Notes: generated by a model from the sequence alone, not told the origin. Counted from the stretch's first letter, positions 38,279 through 48,796 are shown. The stretch: 57,384 nucleotides of DNA from an uncultured Candidatus Saccharibacteria bacterium (GCA_964516075.1 CAZEYN010000001.1:1-57384), one strand, 5' to 3'. A program made the numbers and translations.

Positions 38279-39281
38279 TTATAGAGCAACACATCGAATT
38301 AAAAAACCATAATTTTTGCTAGTGTAGTCAGACGCATAAACACTGGTCGAGCCAAAGTTGAGGTTATATGCACCGCTACTAGAAGAAGCCTTAGACGACC
38401 AATAATTTGCACTACTGCCCACATTGTTAAGGGACTGAAAAGCAAACGAAATATTTCCACTTCTGGCGAAGAATAATGGCGATACTAAAAGGGCTGAATC
38501 ACTTGAACCTATCGAACTTCCAGTAATACCGTAAGCGTTAGTTAATTTACCAAAGCTATAATTATCGATATGTGAGCCCGAGGTTGGTAATCTCCAGCCT
38601 GTTAGGCAGATGGAAGTAGTGGCCTCCCCACTATCCAAAACTCCACCAGTGCCCGCTGTGGCGGCGTTTCATTGATAATAGTTACCTAGATGATAATGTA
38701 GATTAGTATTGCCTTTAGTGGAAGAGTCTGTCAATGATACAATGGAAGTTTTTGAACTGGATCCATTTGGTAAATACCAATCTCCTGGGTTATATGAATA
38801 GGTATCAGTATCGCTTAGACTATTATATATTTTCTGAAGCAGTGGAACAAATACTGGAAGTCATTTATTGCATATTAGTAATGCTACTCCAAGTTAGTTT
38901 TTTGCATACTCCACCCTCCAGTATGTATCCCTTTGGGCATTCCTCGGTGCTTGGGTGGACTACGGTGTATCTATGCCGGTAGCGATATTATAACCCTCGG
39001 GTGTGCTAACCAAGACATTACTGCCTTCGGTGTCGCCACTGTAGCCTATAGCATAGATACCAAAGCCACCTGGATCGTTACAAGATACGTTGATATTAGA
39101 TCTGTGATACTGTGCCGTCAGAGATTGAAACAGTATGTGCGGTGGAGACAGTGCCAGACAGAATACAAGAGACATCAAATGTGGCGGTAACGGTATCTAT
39201 GACATCGGTTGTGGCGTAGGTGTTATGGGCGGTCCCGGATGTGAAGATGATGCCTAGCAATATGGCAAAACTGAAAAACAA
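38279..39281 (-). pseudogene. Fragmented FISUMP/Fib_succ_major-type surface protein gene (copy B)
   Basis: Duplicated N-terminal block, then ITNMQ*, HLGNYYQ*NAATAGTG, SICLTGWRLPT...NYWSS...YGFLIRCVAL, with in-frame stops and frameshifts. Confidence 0.75.
38966..39259. repeat. 294-bp direct repeat, copy 2
   Basis: Identical by eye to 37691-37984. Confidence 0.92.
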
Positions 39282-39284
39282 AAA

Positions 39285-40298
39285 TTAGCTATTTTCTAGA
39301 TTTGGGATGGAGATAGATTCGGAAACTTTGCCAGATTCTTGAAGGGCGTTGAATTCTTCGTCGAATTTAGTGAATGGAACCTTGATGGAAACAAAGTTGA
39401 CGCTGGTATCTGTTTTGCTAATAAGTTTGACGAAGTAATAACCGTCGCCGTTGGTGGAAATGAATTTGCCGCTGTTTTGGCCTGGCTCTAATTTCATGGC
39501 TTCGTTGGCGCGGCCACCGTCGATGTTCTTGTTGTCGACTAAGCCGCCGGTTTCTTCGTAAGTGATTTGATCGCCAAGGGCTTCGACGACTTTTTGATAA
39601 TCGTTACTGTTCCCTGCCAAAATTGACTCCACCTGACTGGCGATTTGGTTGGCGTTGTCGTCGCTGGCGATTTCGACCTTGGACTTGATGAAGGTGAGGT
39701 AAAGCATGCGCTCGTATTCGGACTTATCGAGACCAAAATTATCTTGGATAATTTTAATGAATCCTTCTTCGCTGCGTTCGATGCCGCCGATATTTAAGTG
39801 GCGGTTGAATTCGTCGGCGATTTCTTGGCTGGAAACTTCAATATTTAAATCTTTAGCAAGTTTAATGGCATAGGCATATTTTTCGGACTCAGTAAGGGCG
39901 GAACGCTGGTAGTTGGCGCGCAATTGGTCGAGTGAGCCTTCGTTGAATTGGTTGGAAGATTGACGCTCGATAGAGTTAATGCTGCTGCGGTATAGCATAA
40001 GATAATCTGAAAAACGCACGTTTTCGTCGTCTACCTTGGCGACGGACAACGGGATGGCCTCGGTAATGCGAAAAAGTAAATCGTTAGTCATATTAAAGCG
40101 ATAGAGGCCAAGCCAAACCCCGGCTACAACAATAGCAAGGACGGTGAAAGAAATTAAAATAGTGTTAACGACGATGCGGTGCTTGGTCCACTGAAGAGGA
40201 TATTTGAATTTGCGCCCAGTGGCAAGGACTTCTTCGCGACGCTGATCGACCTTTTCTTGTTCGGTGATTTTTTGGTCTTTTTTGCGAGGTGATTTCAT
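39285..40298 (-). CDS. SurA/PrsA-like membrane-anchored foldase
   Basis: N-terminal TM, VAKVDDENV, helical SurA-N-like region, degenerate parvulin-like C-part. Confidence 0.65.
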   Translation of the reverse strand: MKSPRKKDQKITEQEKVDQRREEVLATGRKFKYPLQWTKHRIVVNTILISFTVLAIVVAGVWLGLYRFNMTNDLLFRITEAIPLSVAKVDDENVRFSDYLMLYRSSINSIERQSSNQFNEGSLDQLRANYQRSALTESEKYAYAIKLAKDLNIEVSSQEIADEFNRHLNIGGIERSEEGFIKIIQDNFGLDKSEYERMLYLTFIKSKVEIASDDNANQIASQVESILAGNSNDYQKVVEALGDQITYEETGGLVDNKNIDGGRANEAMKLEPGQNSGKFISTNGDGYYFVKLISKTDTSVNFVSIKVPFTKFDEEFNALQESGKVSESISIPNLENS

Positions 40299-40350
40299 GG
40301 TATAATTATACCATAAAAGTAAAAATAAATTTTTACTTTTGTACTCTCTT

Positions 40351-40426
40351 GGCCCGGTGGCTCAATGGATAGAGCAATTCCGTCCTAAGGAAGAGGTTGT
40401 GCGTTCGACTCGCACCCGGGTCACCA
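40351..40426 (+). tRNA. tRNA-Arg(CCT)
   Basis: GGCCCGG...TTCC-GT-CCT-AA-GGAA...GTGCG-TTCGACT-CGCAC-CCGGGTC-A-CCA. Confidence 0.93.
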
Positions 40427-40504
40427 TATCAAAGACCGCAAGGTCTTATTTTTTTTAGCAAGAAAAAGCCCCGTGGCGAACACGAGGCGAAGAAAAATAA
40501 AAGA

Positions 40505-40774
40505 CTAGTAATCAGCGATGCCTAGTTTACGTTCCTGAGCTTCGAGCCTATTTTTGTAAACTTCGAAGATTTCAAAAATCTCTTCTGGCACATGAATTGA
40601 AGAAAAAGGGACTTTTGGAGTATCCATGCCCGGTTTCCAGACATTGATTTTCTGATACTCGTCGCCGAACTTTTCCGACAAAACTGCCTTACTTAATTCT
40701 GGATGGCTCTCGCGAGCCTCGGTTGAAAGCCGAAATTGACGGCCTCCCCCAATATAAATGTACTGATTATCCAT
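40505..40774 (-). CDS. Small hypothetical protein (89 aa)
   Basis: AAGGAGGA RBS before MDNQYIYIGG. Confidence 0.65.
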   Translation of the reverse strand: MDNQYIYIGGGRQFRLSTEARESHPELSKAVLSEKFGDEYQKINVWKPGMDTPKVPFSSIHVPEEIFEIFEVYKNRLEAQERKLGIADY

Positions 40775-40926
40775 AAATAATCCTCCTTGAAAAAAATGTG
40801 GTAGCGTCTTTATTTTTCCTCCCCAAAGATAAGGGGATTTCTTTATTATAACACAAAAAAATATGTTTTTTGAAATTTTTAACAAAAAATCTCCCTATAA
40901 TCAGGGAGATTTGGTTGGTTAATAGA

Positions 40927-41442
40927 CTAGCGGGTGTATTTCTCGTGTAAATCGGAATAGTCGTAAAGCTCGTTAGCGTTGAACCAAAGGTCGATTTCTT
41001 GTTTGGCTTCTTCTAGACTACCAGAAGCGTGGACCAAATTTGGCACGCCGGTGCCTTTAGCATCTGAGTAGCCAAAGCTCATGTGTGAGAAATCGCCACG
41101 GATGGTACCCATTTCGGCAGATTTTGGTTCGGTTGGGCCGACAATCTTACGAACTAAAGGCTGGGCCTCGACACCTTCTAAAACCATAGCGATAACCGGG
41201 CCGGTCATCATATATTCAACGTTGTAACGGAAAGCTTGTTCACCACGGCGAGTAATCATTTTGCCGATATCTTCGTAGTGAGCGCGGTAAAGTTTTTCTT
41301 CTGGCATAACCATCTTCATACCGACAATCTTAAGACCAACACGCTCAAAGCGTTGGATGACTTCACCGATAATGCCACGCTGGACGGTGTCCGGTTTGAG
41401 CACTACTAATGTGCGCTGGATAAAATCTTTTTCTTTTGTCAT
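40927..41442 (-). CDS. ndk: Nucleoside diphosphate kinase
   Basis: RTLVVLKPD, GTIRGDF, NLVHAS. Confidence 0.95.
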   Translation of the reverse strand: MTKEKDFIQRTLVVLKPDTVQRGIIGEVIQRFERVGLKIVGMKMVMPEEKLYRAHYEDIGKMITRRGEQAFRYNVEYMMTGPVIAMVLEGVEAQPLVRKIVGPTEPKSAEMGTIRGDFSHMSFGYSDAKGTGVPNLVHASGSLEEAKQEIDLWFNANELYDYSDLHEKYTR

Positions 41443-41489
41443 ACAGTCTCCTTTTTATGAATTATAACATAAAATGATATAATTAAGAT

Positions 41490-42428
41490 ATGGATGTCGA
41501 AGAATTGATTGGCGATTTTTTGGAACACTTGGAAATCGAAAGTGGGCGCAGCAAAAAAACTATTGAAAATTATCGCTTATATTTGGAGCGATTTTTGATG
41601 ATTTCGCAAGATATTCTCGACAAAAACGAATTGAAGCCTAGTGATATCACACGTGAACTTTTGCGCAAATATCGATTAAAGTTAAACCGATATGGCACGG
41701 AAAACGATAAGGATGATTTGCAGACAATTACACAGGCATATCATTTGATTGCCTTGCGTGGGTTTTTAAAATACCTGGCGCGACGCGAAATTAAATCTTT
41801 GGATCCATCACTAATCGACTTGCCGCGCGTGATTCGTAAACAGGTGACATTTTTACATTTTGACGAGGTTGAGGATATACTTGAACAGATTGATTTGTCG
41901 ACGGAATCTGGTCTGCGCGATAGAGCGATTATCGAACTTTTGTATTCTGGGGGCTTACGTGTTTCGGAATTGGTAGGGCTGAACCGTGATTCGGTAAACT
42001 TAGAAAGGCGTGAATTTATGGTGCGCGGTAAGGGCTCGAAAGACCGACCGATTTTTATTAGCCGTTCGGCGGCGGATAGGGTTCAAGATTATCTGGACGC
42101 TCGGACTGATTCCCTGCCGGCGCTGTTTTTGAACAATTCAAAAAATTTACAAGCAGTAGATAATTCGGGAAATTATCGCAGAATTACACCGCGTAGCGTA
42201 GAGCGCATCGTAGAAAAATATGCGCGGCTGGCTGGAATTACCAAGCACGTTTCGCCACATACTTTGCGACACTCATTTGCGACAGATTTACTAATGAACG
42301 GGGCAGATTTACGTTCAGTGCAGTCGATGTTAGGGCATGCAGATATTTCGACCACACAAATTTATACCCACGTAACAGACGCACATTTGCGGGAAATTCA
42401 CGAAAAATTTCATAGCGAAACTAAATAA
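41490..42428 (+). CDS. XerC/XerD-family tyrosine recombinase
   Basis: GLRVSE, GKGSK, HTLRHSFAT, LGHADISTTQIYTH. Confidence 0.93.
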   Translation: MDVEELIGDFLEHLEIESGRSKKTIENYRLYLERFLMISQDILDKNELKPSDITRELLRKYRLKLNRYGTENDKDDLQTITQAYHLIALRGFLKYLARREIKSLDPSLIDLPRVIRKQVTFLHFDEVEDILEQIDLSTESGLRDRAIIELLYSGGLRVSELVGLNRDSVNLERREFMVRGKGSKDRPIFISRSAADRVQDYLDARTDSLPALFLNNSKNLQAVDNSGNYRRITPRSVERIVEKYARLAGITKHVSPHTLRHSFATDLLMNGADLRSVQSMLGHADISTTQIYTHVTDAHLREIHEKFHSETK

Positions 42429-44123
42429 TTAATAACCGACCTGTGGGCTGCTCGAGCGCGTGTTGCGGTCGATAATGACGCCATCTTTGTAAGTAAAAAC
42501 ATTCCAATAATTGCCGCTACCGCTGGCATTATCCGAGTTATAAACTCGCGTTTCGCCAGTTGTAAGATTTCGAAGCGTCACCGTGGCACCGGTAACGTTG
42601 CCCGTTCTGCTGTAGTTATGGATATAGTAATAATAAGTTTTGCCGCCCAGAGTATTAAGCGTGACGGTTTCAGGGCCATATCCCCGAGTAATATCTTTAT
42701 CTAGGCTGGCGATTGGTTCTGAAAAATTTTCGCTATAAGTTTTACTACCGTAATACATTGAAAAATAAGAGCTATCTGATTTTTGACCGTAAACATAGGA
42801 ATCTAAATCTCTAGGGGTTTCGCCCCAGGTGAGCGTGAGAGTGATTTTTTCGTTAAACTCGGACCAGTTAGCATGCAATTCCAGTGTTTTGTTATTATTG
42901 AATGCGCCCGGTAAAATGGTTGAAGGGTTATCCTCGCCGGCTTTTTTAATCAACTGACCAGGGTTCAACTTTAATGAGCATGCGCCACTATCGTCTAGCT
43001 TACACCATGAATTCATTTTGTAACCAGTGATTTTTAAATCTGCGTCAGAAACATAGCAGTCTTCATCTAGATAACAAATTGTATCCGATGGAACTTCGCC
43101 GCCGTGGTCTGAGTAATATTTGATTGTATATTTGGTGTGTTCCCAAACTTCTGCTAGCTCGTATTTTTCGACGCCGTCGTTTTGGTTGTTATATAAAATG
43201 GTGCCAGCTGGATATGTTTCGCCATCGCAAGATTGACCATCGCTGGAAACTTTATCCTTAGGGCACCAGCCCTTGAAGGTGTAGGCGTATCTTTCGGTGT
43301 TTGGCTCTGGCAGCTCGAAGGTGCGTTTTTGGACACCACGCTCGTCACCAAGCGTCACATCGACATAGCCAGAAATTTCCGTAATGTCTGAGTCATGTAA
43401 ACGAATGACTGTTGAAATAGTAGAAGGCTCATTGTTGCCGGTACCATACCAACAAGTGCGAATGTAGAAATCGTAATAAGCGGCAACAGACTCTGGATTA
43501 TTAGCAATATCTACAATATTGGTTCCAATTGAATCTTTAACCGCTATGACATAGATGCCTTCAGCCTTATAGAGATTCTTATATTTACTGGCGCCAAAAA
43601 GACTGGAGCTGTTGTCGCTGTTCGCGTTACTAGCGTCGTTATTATCGCTAAAAATAAGGCGAGGATAGGTTGAGGCTTCGGTAAAAATGTCGCTGTTATT
43701 TTTTAATGAGATATACGCCTTTGAGTCTGCTTCGTTGACGGTGCGCGGGTTAATGACGAAGGCTTTATTATAGATTGGGTTGTCGTTTCGGTAGATTTCG
43801 CTACAGCTTTGCGGCGTGTATTGAACGATGGTGGCTTTGGCAGATTCGTCCATATCACTCAGGTCGATAGCGTTGGCCGTAATGGTTTTCCAAAGATTGG
43901 AAAGTGATTGACTGATATTTTCTTTTTTGGACGAGTAAGCGTTATGAATAAACCTTATCGTTTCGGCCTGGACGTCAACTTCTTCACGAGCAAGGGTAGT
44001 TTCTAGTGCGAGCTGCGCGCCAGAAGTGCCGCTGCTCATGACGGAAACAATGGAAATTGCAATCATCGAAAAAATACCAACAGCGAGAGCTACTTCAATA
44101 AGAGTGTCACCCTTTTTAACCAT
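42429..44123 (-). CDS. Large minor pilin / pilus-associated adhesin
   Basis: KKG|DTLIEV prepilin-like N-terminus, two GWC/SWC repeat-like modules, C-terminal LTW...DLDSY...LDKD..GYGPET (YfaP-like). Confidence 0.7.
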   Translation of the reverse strand: MVKKGDTLIEVALAVGIFSMIAISIVSVMSSGTSGAQLALETTLAREEVDVQAETIRFIHNAYSSKKENISQSLSNLWKTITANAIDLSDMDESAKATIVQYTPQSCSEIYRNDNPIYNKAFVINPRTVNEADSKAYISLKNNSDIFTEASTYPRLIFSDNNDASNANSDNSSSLFGASKYKNLYKAEGIYVIAVKDSIGTNIVDIANNPESVAAYYDFYIRTCWYGTGNNEPSTISTVIRLHDSDITEISGYVDVTLGDERGVQKRTFELPEPNTERYAYTFKGWCPKDKVSSDGQSCDGETYPAGTILYNNQNDGVEKYELAEVWEHTKYTIKYYSDHGGEVPSDTICYLDEDCYVSDADLKITGYKMNSWCKLDDSGACSLKLNPGQLIKKAGEDNPSTILPGAFNNNKTLELHANWSEFNEKITLTLTWGETPRDLDSYVYGQKSDSSYFSMYYGSKTYSENFSEPIASLDKDITRGYGPETVTLNTLGGKTYYYYIHNYSRTGNVTGATVTLRNLTTGETRVYNSDNASGSGNYWNVFTYKDGVIIDRNTRSSSPQVGY

Positions 44124-44130
44124 AAGTTTA

Positions 44131-44931
44131 TTATATCATACTTAAAAATAATTTGGCAAAAGCATAAACAATAACAAACGCTGCGATGAAAAATGGGCCA
44201 AAATGAATCTTGTGCTGTTTGTGCTTTTTGAGTATAGGTAACATAATAACACAAGCTAGAAGATTGGCGATAAATAGAATCAAAAGGGCGAGCCAAGGAT
44301 AAAAAATCGCCAACCCCATGATAACGCCAAGAACCCAATCACCATCGCCAACCCATTTGCCGTGCGAAATAAAATAAAGTAAAAGATATAGTCCACCAAG
44401 AATGAGAACCGAGAGCAGCGGCTGCCAGATAAGGTCTGGCGAAAAACCGCTAGATGCAATGAGACTGTATTCTTGAAGGACGAGAGCAATTACGGCAAAT
44501 ATAAGCGAGATGTTTAGGGCAAAAGTGGGCAGCTCGCCGTAGAGGCCGTCGTAGATAGCTAAAAAGGATAAGTTTAAAGTAAGCAATAGTGTTATAGCAA
44601 ATATGCCCCATTCTAATGTAGTGGCGGTTACAATATTGAAGTTTATGCTTAAAAGCAAAAATGCTAATGCCACGCCGAGCTCTGATAAAAATTCTGCTAC
44701 GCCGATTTTATGGTGGCATTTGCGGCACTTACCCCTAAGAACAAGCCAAGAAACAATAGGTAGATTATCATACCATTTGAGTTGAGTTTTGCAGCTTAAA
44801 CATACCGAACGATTCCCTAGTTTGCGCCCCTTTTTTGTGGTTTTAAGTTTGAGGCGACGAGCTTGGCAGCATAAAAAAGAACCAAAACAAGCACCTAGAA
44901 CAAAAAGAAAAATCGAAAAGATGATTTTCAT
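44131..44931 (-). CDS. pilD: Prepilin peptidase
   Basis: GSFL, two CxxC motifs, GDGD, FGPF; multi-TM. Confidence 0.9.
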   Translation of the reverse strand: MKIIFSIFLFVLGACFGSFLCCQARRLKLKTTKKGRKLGNRSVCLSCKTQLKWYDNLPIVSWLVLRGKCRKCHHKIGVAEFLSELGVALAFLLLSINFNIVTATTLEWGIFAITLLLTLNLSFLAIYDGLYGELPTFALNISLIFAVIALVLQEYSLIASSGFSPDLIWQPLLSVLILGGLYLLLYFISHGKWVGDGDWVLGVIMGLAIFYPWLALLILFIANLLACVIMLPILKKHKQHKIHFGPFFIAAFVIVYAFAKLFLSMI

Positions 44932-44981
44932 AGTTTTATTTTAGCATATAATATTGTTTTTATGTTATAATAAGCATAAGT

Positions 44982-45521
44982 ATGACTACGAAAAAAGGAT
45001 TCACCTTTATAGAAGTTGCACTGGTCTTAGCGGTGGCAGGTTTGATTTTTATTATGGTTTTCGTGGCTTTGCCGGCTTTGCAGCGCTCGAGTCGCGACAC
45101 GACAAGGCGCAACGATATGACCGAATTTATTGCTGCCGTGAAGAAATATCAGACTAATAACCGGGGCGCGTTACCGGGCAGTGCAGATAAAGATTACCCT
45201 GTAGTGGTAGATGGTTACAGTGATAGCGGCTCAATAAATGATACTTCTTGGCAGGGGTTTTATAATAAATACTTAGGGAAAGATTTTACCGATCCGTTGG
45301 GCGAAACTTACAAGCTCAACGTGATGCAATGCGATGCGCAAACAGATACCAAGTGTAGTGATGACGGGCAGTATACAAATCAAATAAATGTCAATTATAC
45401 ATTGTTAGTGGTCATTCAGGCAACTTGTAAAGGTGAAGAAACAATTGGGTCTTCTAACCCGCGTAATTTGGCGGTGCTTTACAGGCTTGAAGGCGGTGGA
45501 GTTAGTTGTAATAATACTTAG
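44982..45521 (+). CDS. Type IV pilin paralogue
   Basis: KKG|FTFIEV class III signal peptide and hydrophobic helix. Confidence 0.9.
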   Translation: MTTKKGFTFIEVALVLAVAGLIFIMVFVALPALQRSSRDTTRRNDMTEFIAAVKKYQTNNRGALPGSADKDYPVVVDGYSDSGSINDTSWQGFYNKYLGKDFTDPLGETYKLNVMQCDAQTDTKCSDDGQYTNQINVNYTLLVVIQATCKGEETIGSSNPRNLAVLYRLEGGGVSCNNT

Positions 45522-45555
45522 TTTACTATTTGATTCTTATAAAAAGCCCTGTTCG

Positions 45556-45695
45556 CTGAACGGGCCCTGCTGCCAAGTTTATCAGACTGAACGGGCCCTG
45601 CCGGACTTTCTTTCCCCCAAAATTTTGCAAGCAAAGATTTTTTGGGGGTCCCCTAAAAGTCCGTCACCCGTTCACTGGGGTCTTTTAGGCTCATT
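45556..45695 (-). repeat. Dispersed hairpin repeat: partial copy (45556-45582) plus full subfamily A copy (45585-45695)
   Basis: ctgaacgggccctgc occurs twice; ...aaagtccgtcacccgttcac. Confidence 0.9.
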
Positions 45696-45710
45696 CGATT
45701 TTGGCGAAGA

Positions 45711-45743
45711 TAAAAAATACTCCCCAATGGGGAGTATTTTTTA
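45711..45743. terminator. Bidirectional terminator between convergent pilins
   Basis: taaaaaatactcccc-aat-ggggagtatttttta. Confidence 0.85.
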
Positions 45744-45753
45744 TATGAGGTTA

Positions 45754-46404
45754 TTACTGGTTATCGATACAGTAGACACCTGCACCTTCTAGACGATACA
45801 AGATGGCGTAATCGTTCTTGGCTGATACCTTGACCTTCTCACCGTCACATTTACCGCCAGGCACCATGAAGACGGTATAAGATTCAAAGGCTTTTGTGCC
45901 GCTAGACAAAGAGCCTTCACCGTCAGTATAAGTAAGTTTTTCGTTACCGTCAGGAGACTCTAATTGGACAAGCGTTGCACCAGTTAAGCCAATGTTTGGA
46001 GAAATAACCAAGCTATATGGATTACCGGATGGGTCTTCGAAAGTATTTTTCTTTTCATTAGATTCAGCGACGCCGGAATTCATATAGTCGCGGACAAATT
46101 GACATGCAACGTTGGTTTTACATTCGTTGTCGCCAGAGAAAGTATCAGTTCCCTGCCATTTAACCGCAGCGGTTGCCTCTGGCAAATTAGTTTTGCTGTC
46201 TGAATAGCTATGATTGGTTTGGTAGTTGGTAAGAGAAGTGCTAACACGTGCGATATCATTACGGCGTTGAGTATCACGCTGTGAACGTTGTAAAGCTGGT
46301 AAGGCGACGAAGACCATAAGGAAGATAAGACCTGCGATAGCGAGCACAAGCACGACCTCGATGATAGTGAAGCCTTGTTTAGAGTTAGTATTTTCTTTTG
46401 CCAT
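45754..46404 (-). CDS. Type IV pilin (probable major pilin)
   Basis: KQG|FTIIEV, AAAGGA RBS, own terminator, follows pilC. Confidence 0.9.
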   Translation of the reverse strand: MAKENTNSKQGFTIIEVVLVLAIAGLIFLMVFVALPALQRSQRDTQRRNDIARVSTSLTNYQTNHSYSDSKTNLPEATAAVKWQGTDTFSGDNECKTNVACQFVRDYMNSGVAESNEKKNTFEDPSGNPYSLVISPNIGLTGATLVQLESPDGNEKLTYTDGEGSLSSGTKAFESYTVFMVPGGKCDGEKVKVSAKNDYAILYRLEGAGVYCIDNQ

Positions 46405-46483
46405 AATAAATCCTTTCTAGATTTTAATCCTTATGTTTATAATATATTAAAAATCTCTAAAATGCAAGTGTTTTATAGATAAA

Positions 46484-47689
46484 CTACGTAGAGACAGAGT
46501 TTACTAATGAGTAGATTGGGAGCAATGTACCACCAATAACGACGCCGATAAGACCAGCCATTAAAACCATCAAAATTGGCTCAATCATGGTGGAAATACT
46601 GTTGATTTGCTCGTCTAGTTCGTTTTCGTAAACAGCTGCGGCCTTGCCAAGCATTTCGTCGATTTTACCAGATTCCTCACCGATGGATGCCATTTGCGGG
46701 ACCAATGGCAACATGTATTTACGGTCTTTTAACGATTCGGATAAAGGTTTGCCACCCTTGATAACCTCAAGAGATTTGCTGTATTCCTCTTCAATAACAA
46801 CATTGTTGGTGGCGGCGATGGCGATTTTGACGGAGTCAAGCATCGGAACGCCGGTAGCGAGAAGCATCTCAGTAGTGCGGGCAAAACGCGAGACGTAGAG
46901 CTTTTTGAATAAACCGCCAAAAATCGGGACGTGAATTTTGAAAGAATCCATAGCATGACGACCAACAGAAGTCTTTTTGACGGTATAAAAGATGCCACCA
47001 AAAATTGCGACAAGAATAATAGCCACCAGCCACCAAAAGCTAGCAAAGAAATCAGAAATATTAACCAAGAATTGAGTAAGACCCGGCAACTCCTCGCCCA
47101 TGTCTTTGTAGAGTTTTTGAACTTCTGGGACCACCATCACCATCATGAAAGCCAATACGGCAATAATCACAACAAGAATAATCACTGGATAAACCAACGC
47201 GCCTTTGATTTTGGAAAGCATGGCGGCATCTTTCTCTTCTTGGTCGGCAAGACGTTTCAATGCTAAATCTAGCGTACCGGAAGTTTCGCCGGCTTTAATA
47301 AGCGCAAGATAGACACCGTTAAAAATATCTGGGTAGCCAGCAAATGTATCATAAAGAGTTTTACCAGCTTCGACTTTGGCGAGAATTTCTTCGATAACTA
47401 CTTTCATGGCCTTGGCTTGAGTTTGCTCGGCGACCGTGCGTAGTGAGGTGGCGAGTGGCAAACCGGCGCCAATCAAAGTAGCAAGTTGGCGTGTGAACAT
47501 AATACGATCTTTACTAGTAACATGACCTTTGCCGCCGAAAAGTCCTCCGCCTTCTTCGACGATGGACTCCGGAATATAACCCTGCTCAATGAGTAAGTGG
47601 CCGGCGGTCTGTTCGTCTTCGGCCTGAATCACGCCCTTGACGGTTTTACCGGTGGCTTTTTCTTTGCCTTTATATTTAAAACGACGCAT
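46484..47689 (-). CDS. pilC: Type IV pilus platform protein
   Basis: FTRQLATLIGAGLPL, GETSGTL, GEESGKI, IEP. Confidence 0.93.
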   Translation of the reverse strand: MRRFKYKGKEKATGKTVKGVIQAEDEQTAGHLLIEQGYIPESIVEEGGGLFGGKGHVTSKDRIMFTRQLATLIGAGLPLATSLRTVAEQTQAKAMKVVIEEILAKVEAGKTLYDTFAGYPDIFNGVYLALIKAGETSGTLDLALKRLADQEEKDAAMLSKIKGALVYPVIILVVIIAVLAFMMVMVVPEVQKLYKDMGEELPGLTQFLVNISDFFASFWWLVAIILVAIFGGIFYTVKKTSVGRHAMDSFKIHVPIFGGLFKKLYVSRFARTTEMLLATGVPMLDSVKIAIAATNNVVIEEEYSKSLEVIKGGKPLSESLKDRKYMLPLVPQMASIGEESGKIDEMLGKAAAVYENELDEQINSISTMIEPILMVLMAGLIGVVIGGTLLPIYSLVNSVST

Positions 47690-48775
47690 TTAACCCCTGA
47701 CTAACCTATTTAATTCGTTGATATCTACGGCAAATTCCCTGGCGGAATCATAAGTAATAACACCGGTTTGAACCAATTTAGCCAATGTGCGATCCATAGT
47801 CTGCATACCCTGGTCGGCGCCGGTTTGGATGGCGGTATCGATTTGATGAGTTTTACCTTCACGGATGAGCGAACGAATCGCAGAGTTGGCTACCATAATC
47901 TCGGCAGCAACGACGCGACCGCCACCAATGGCTGGAACAAGGCGCTGAGAACAGACAGCCATCAGCATATTGGAAAGTTGAGTGCGGACTTGCGGTTGTT
48001 GATGAGACGGGAAAACGTCAATCATGCGGTCGATACTTTGCGCAGCGGAATTAGTATGAAGTGTAGCAAAAACTAAATGACCAGTTTCGGCAATAGTGAT
48101 AGCGGCTTGAATGGTTTCGAGGTCGCGCATCTCGCCAATTAAGACGACATCTGGGTCCTCACGCAAAACGGAGCGAAGAGCAGCCGCGAAACTGAAAGTA
48201 TCGTAATGAACTTCGCGCTGCGCGATAACGGAACGTTGCGATTTGTGTGTATATTCAATTGGGTCTTCGATGGTAACGATATGAACAGATTTATTGCGAT
48301 TGATTTTATCAACCAAGGCGGCCAAGGTAGTAGATTTGCCGGAGCCGGTAGGGCCAGTAACCAAAACTAAGCCACGCGGGAACTCGGCAAACGATTCGAC
48401 AACCGCAGGCATACCTAAATCGTTGATGCTTCGAATATTGTTAGGAATCAAGCGAAAGGCAGCAGCAAGTTTACCGCTTTCGTGGAAAGCATTCACACGG
48501 AAACGTGCAATGTCACCAAAGGCGAATGAATAATCAAACTCTTTATCTTTAATTAAGATTTTTTGCTGTTCTTCGTCTAAAGTAGCAAAAATTAAATTCT
48601 TGATAACATCCTCTGTTAATTTTGGCATGCCAACAATAGGCGTGAGCGCGCCATCGATACGCAAAATCGGTGGCAGGCCATACTGAATGTGTAAATCTGA
48701 AGCGTTGCGGCGCACGCATTCTTCGAGTAAATTTTCAATTTTTGGTGTGTTTATGACTTGCCCACTATTTTCCAT
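47690..48775 (-). CDS. pilT: Pilus retraction ATPase
   Basis: GPTGSGKSTT, EDPIE, LREDPD, GEMRD, AIRSLIRE motif; start MENSG after TGGTATAAT. Confidence 0.94.
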   Translation of the reverse strand: MENSGQVINTPKIENLLEECVRRNASDLHIQYGLPPILRIDGALTPIVGMPKLTEDVIKNLIFATLDEEQQKILIKDKEFDYSFAFGDIARFRVNAFHESGKLAAAFRLIPNNIRSINDLGMPAVVESFAEFPRGLVLVTGPTGSGKSTTLAALVDKINRNKSVHIVTIEDPIEYTHKSQRSVIAQREVHYDTFSFAAALRSVLREDPDVVLIGEMRDLETIQAAITIAETGHLVFATLHTNSAAQSIDRMIDVFPSHQQPQVRTQLSNMLMAVCSQRLVPAIGGGRVVAAEIMVANSAIRSLIREGKTHQIDTAIQTGADQGMQTMDRTLAKLVQTGVITYDSAREFAVDINELNRLVRG

Positions 48776-48796
48776 AATTTTATTATACCACAAGCT

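Noticed and set aside
37691..39259. Diversity-generating retroelement TR/VR pair
   Set aside because: The copies are identical rather than differing at adenines, they cover the N-terminal region, and there is no reverse transcriptase in the window
40316..40340. dif site or operator (aaaagtaaaaa-taaa-tttttactttt)
   Set aside because: Low-complexity AT palindrome without the dif consensus or a 6-bp core
45585..45695. RNase P RNA (GAAAGTCC motif on the minus strand)
   Set aside because: It is multi-copy, only about 100 nt, the motif is replaced in subfamily B, and no other RNase P conserved regions are present
41490..46404. Pilin phase variation by inversion (convergent pilin paralogues near a tyrosine recombinase)
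   Set aside because: The shared N-terminal coding regions are heavily diverged at synonymous sites with no long identical inverted repeat, each pilin has its own promoter, and the recombinase looks like housekeeping XerC/D
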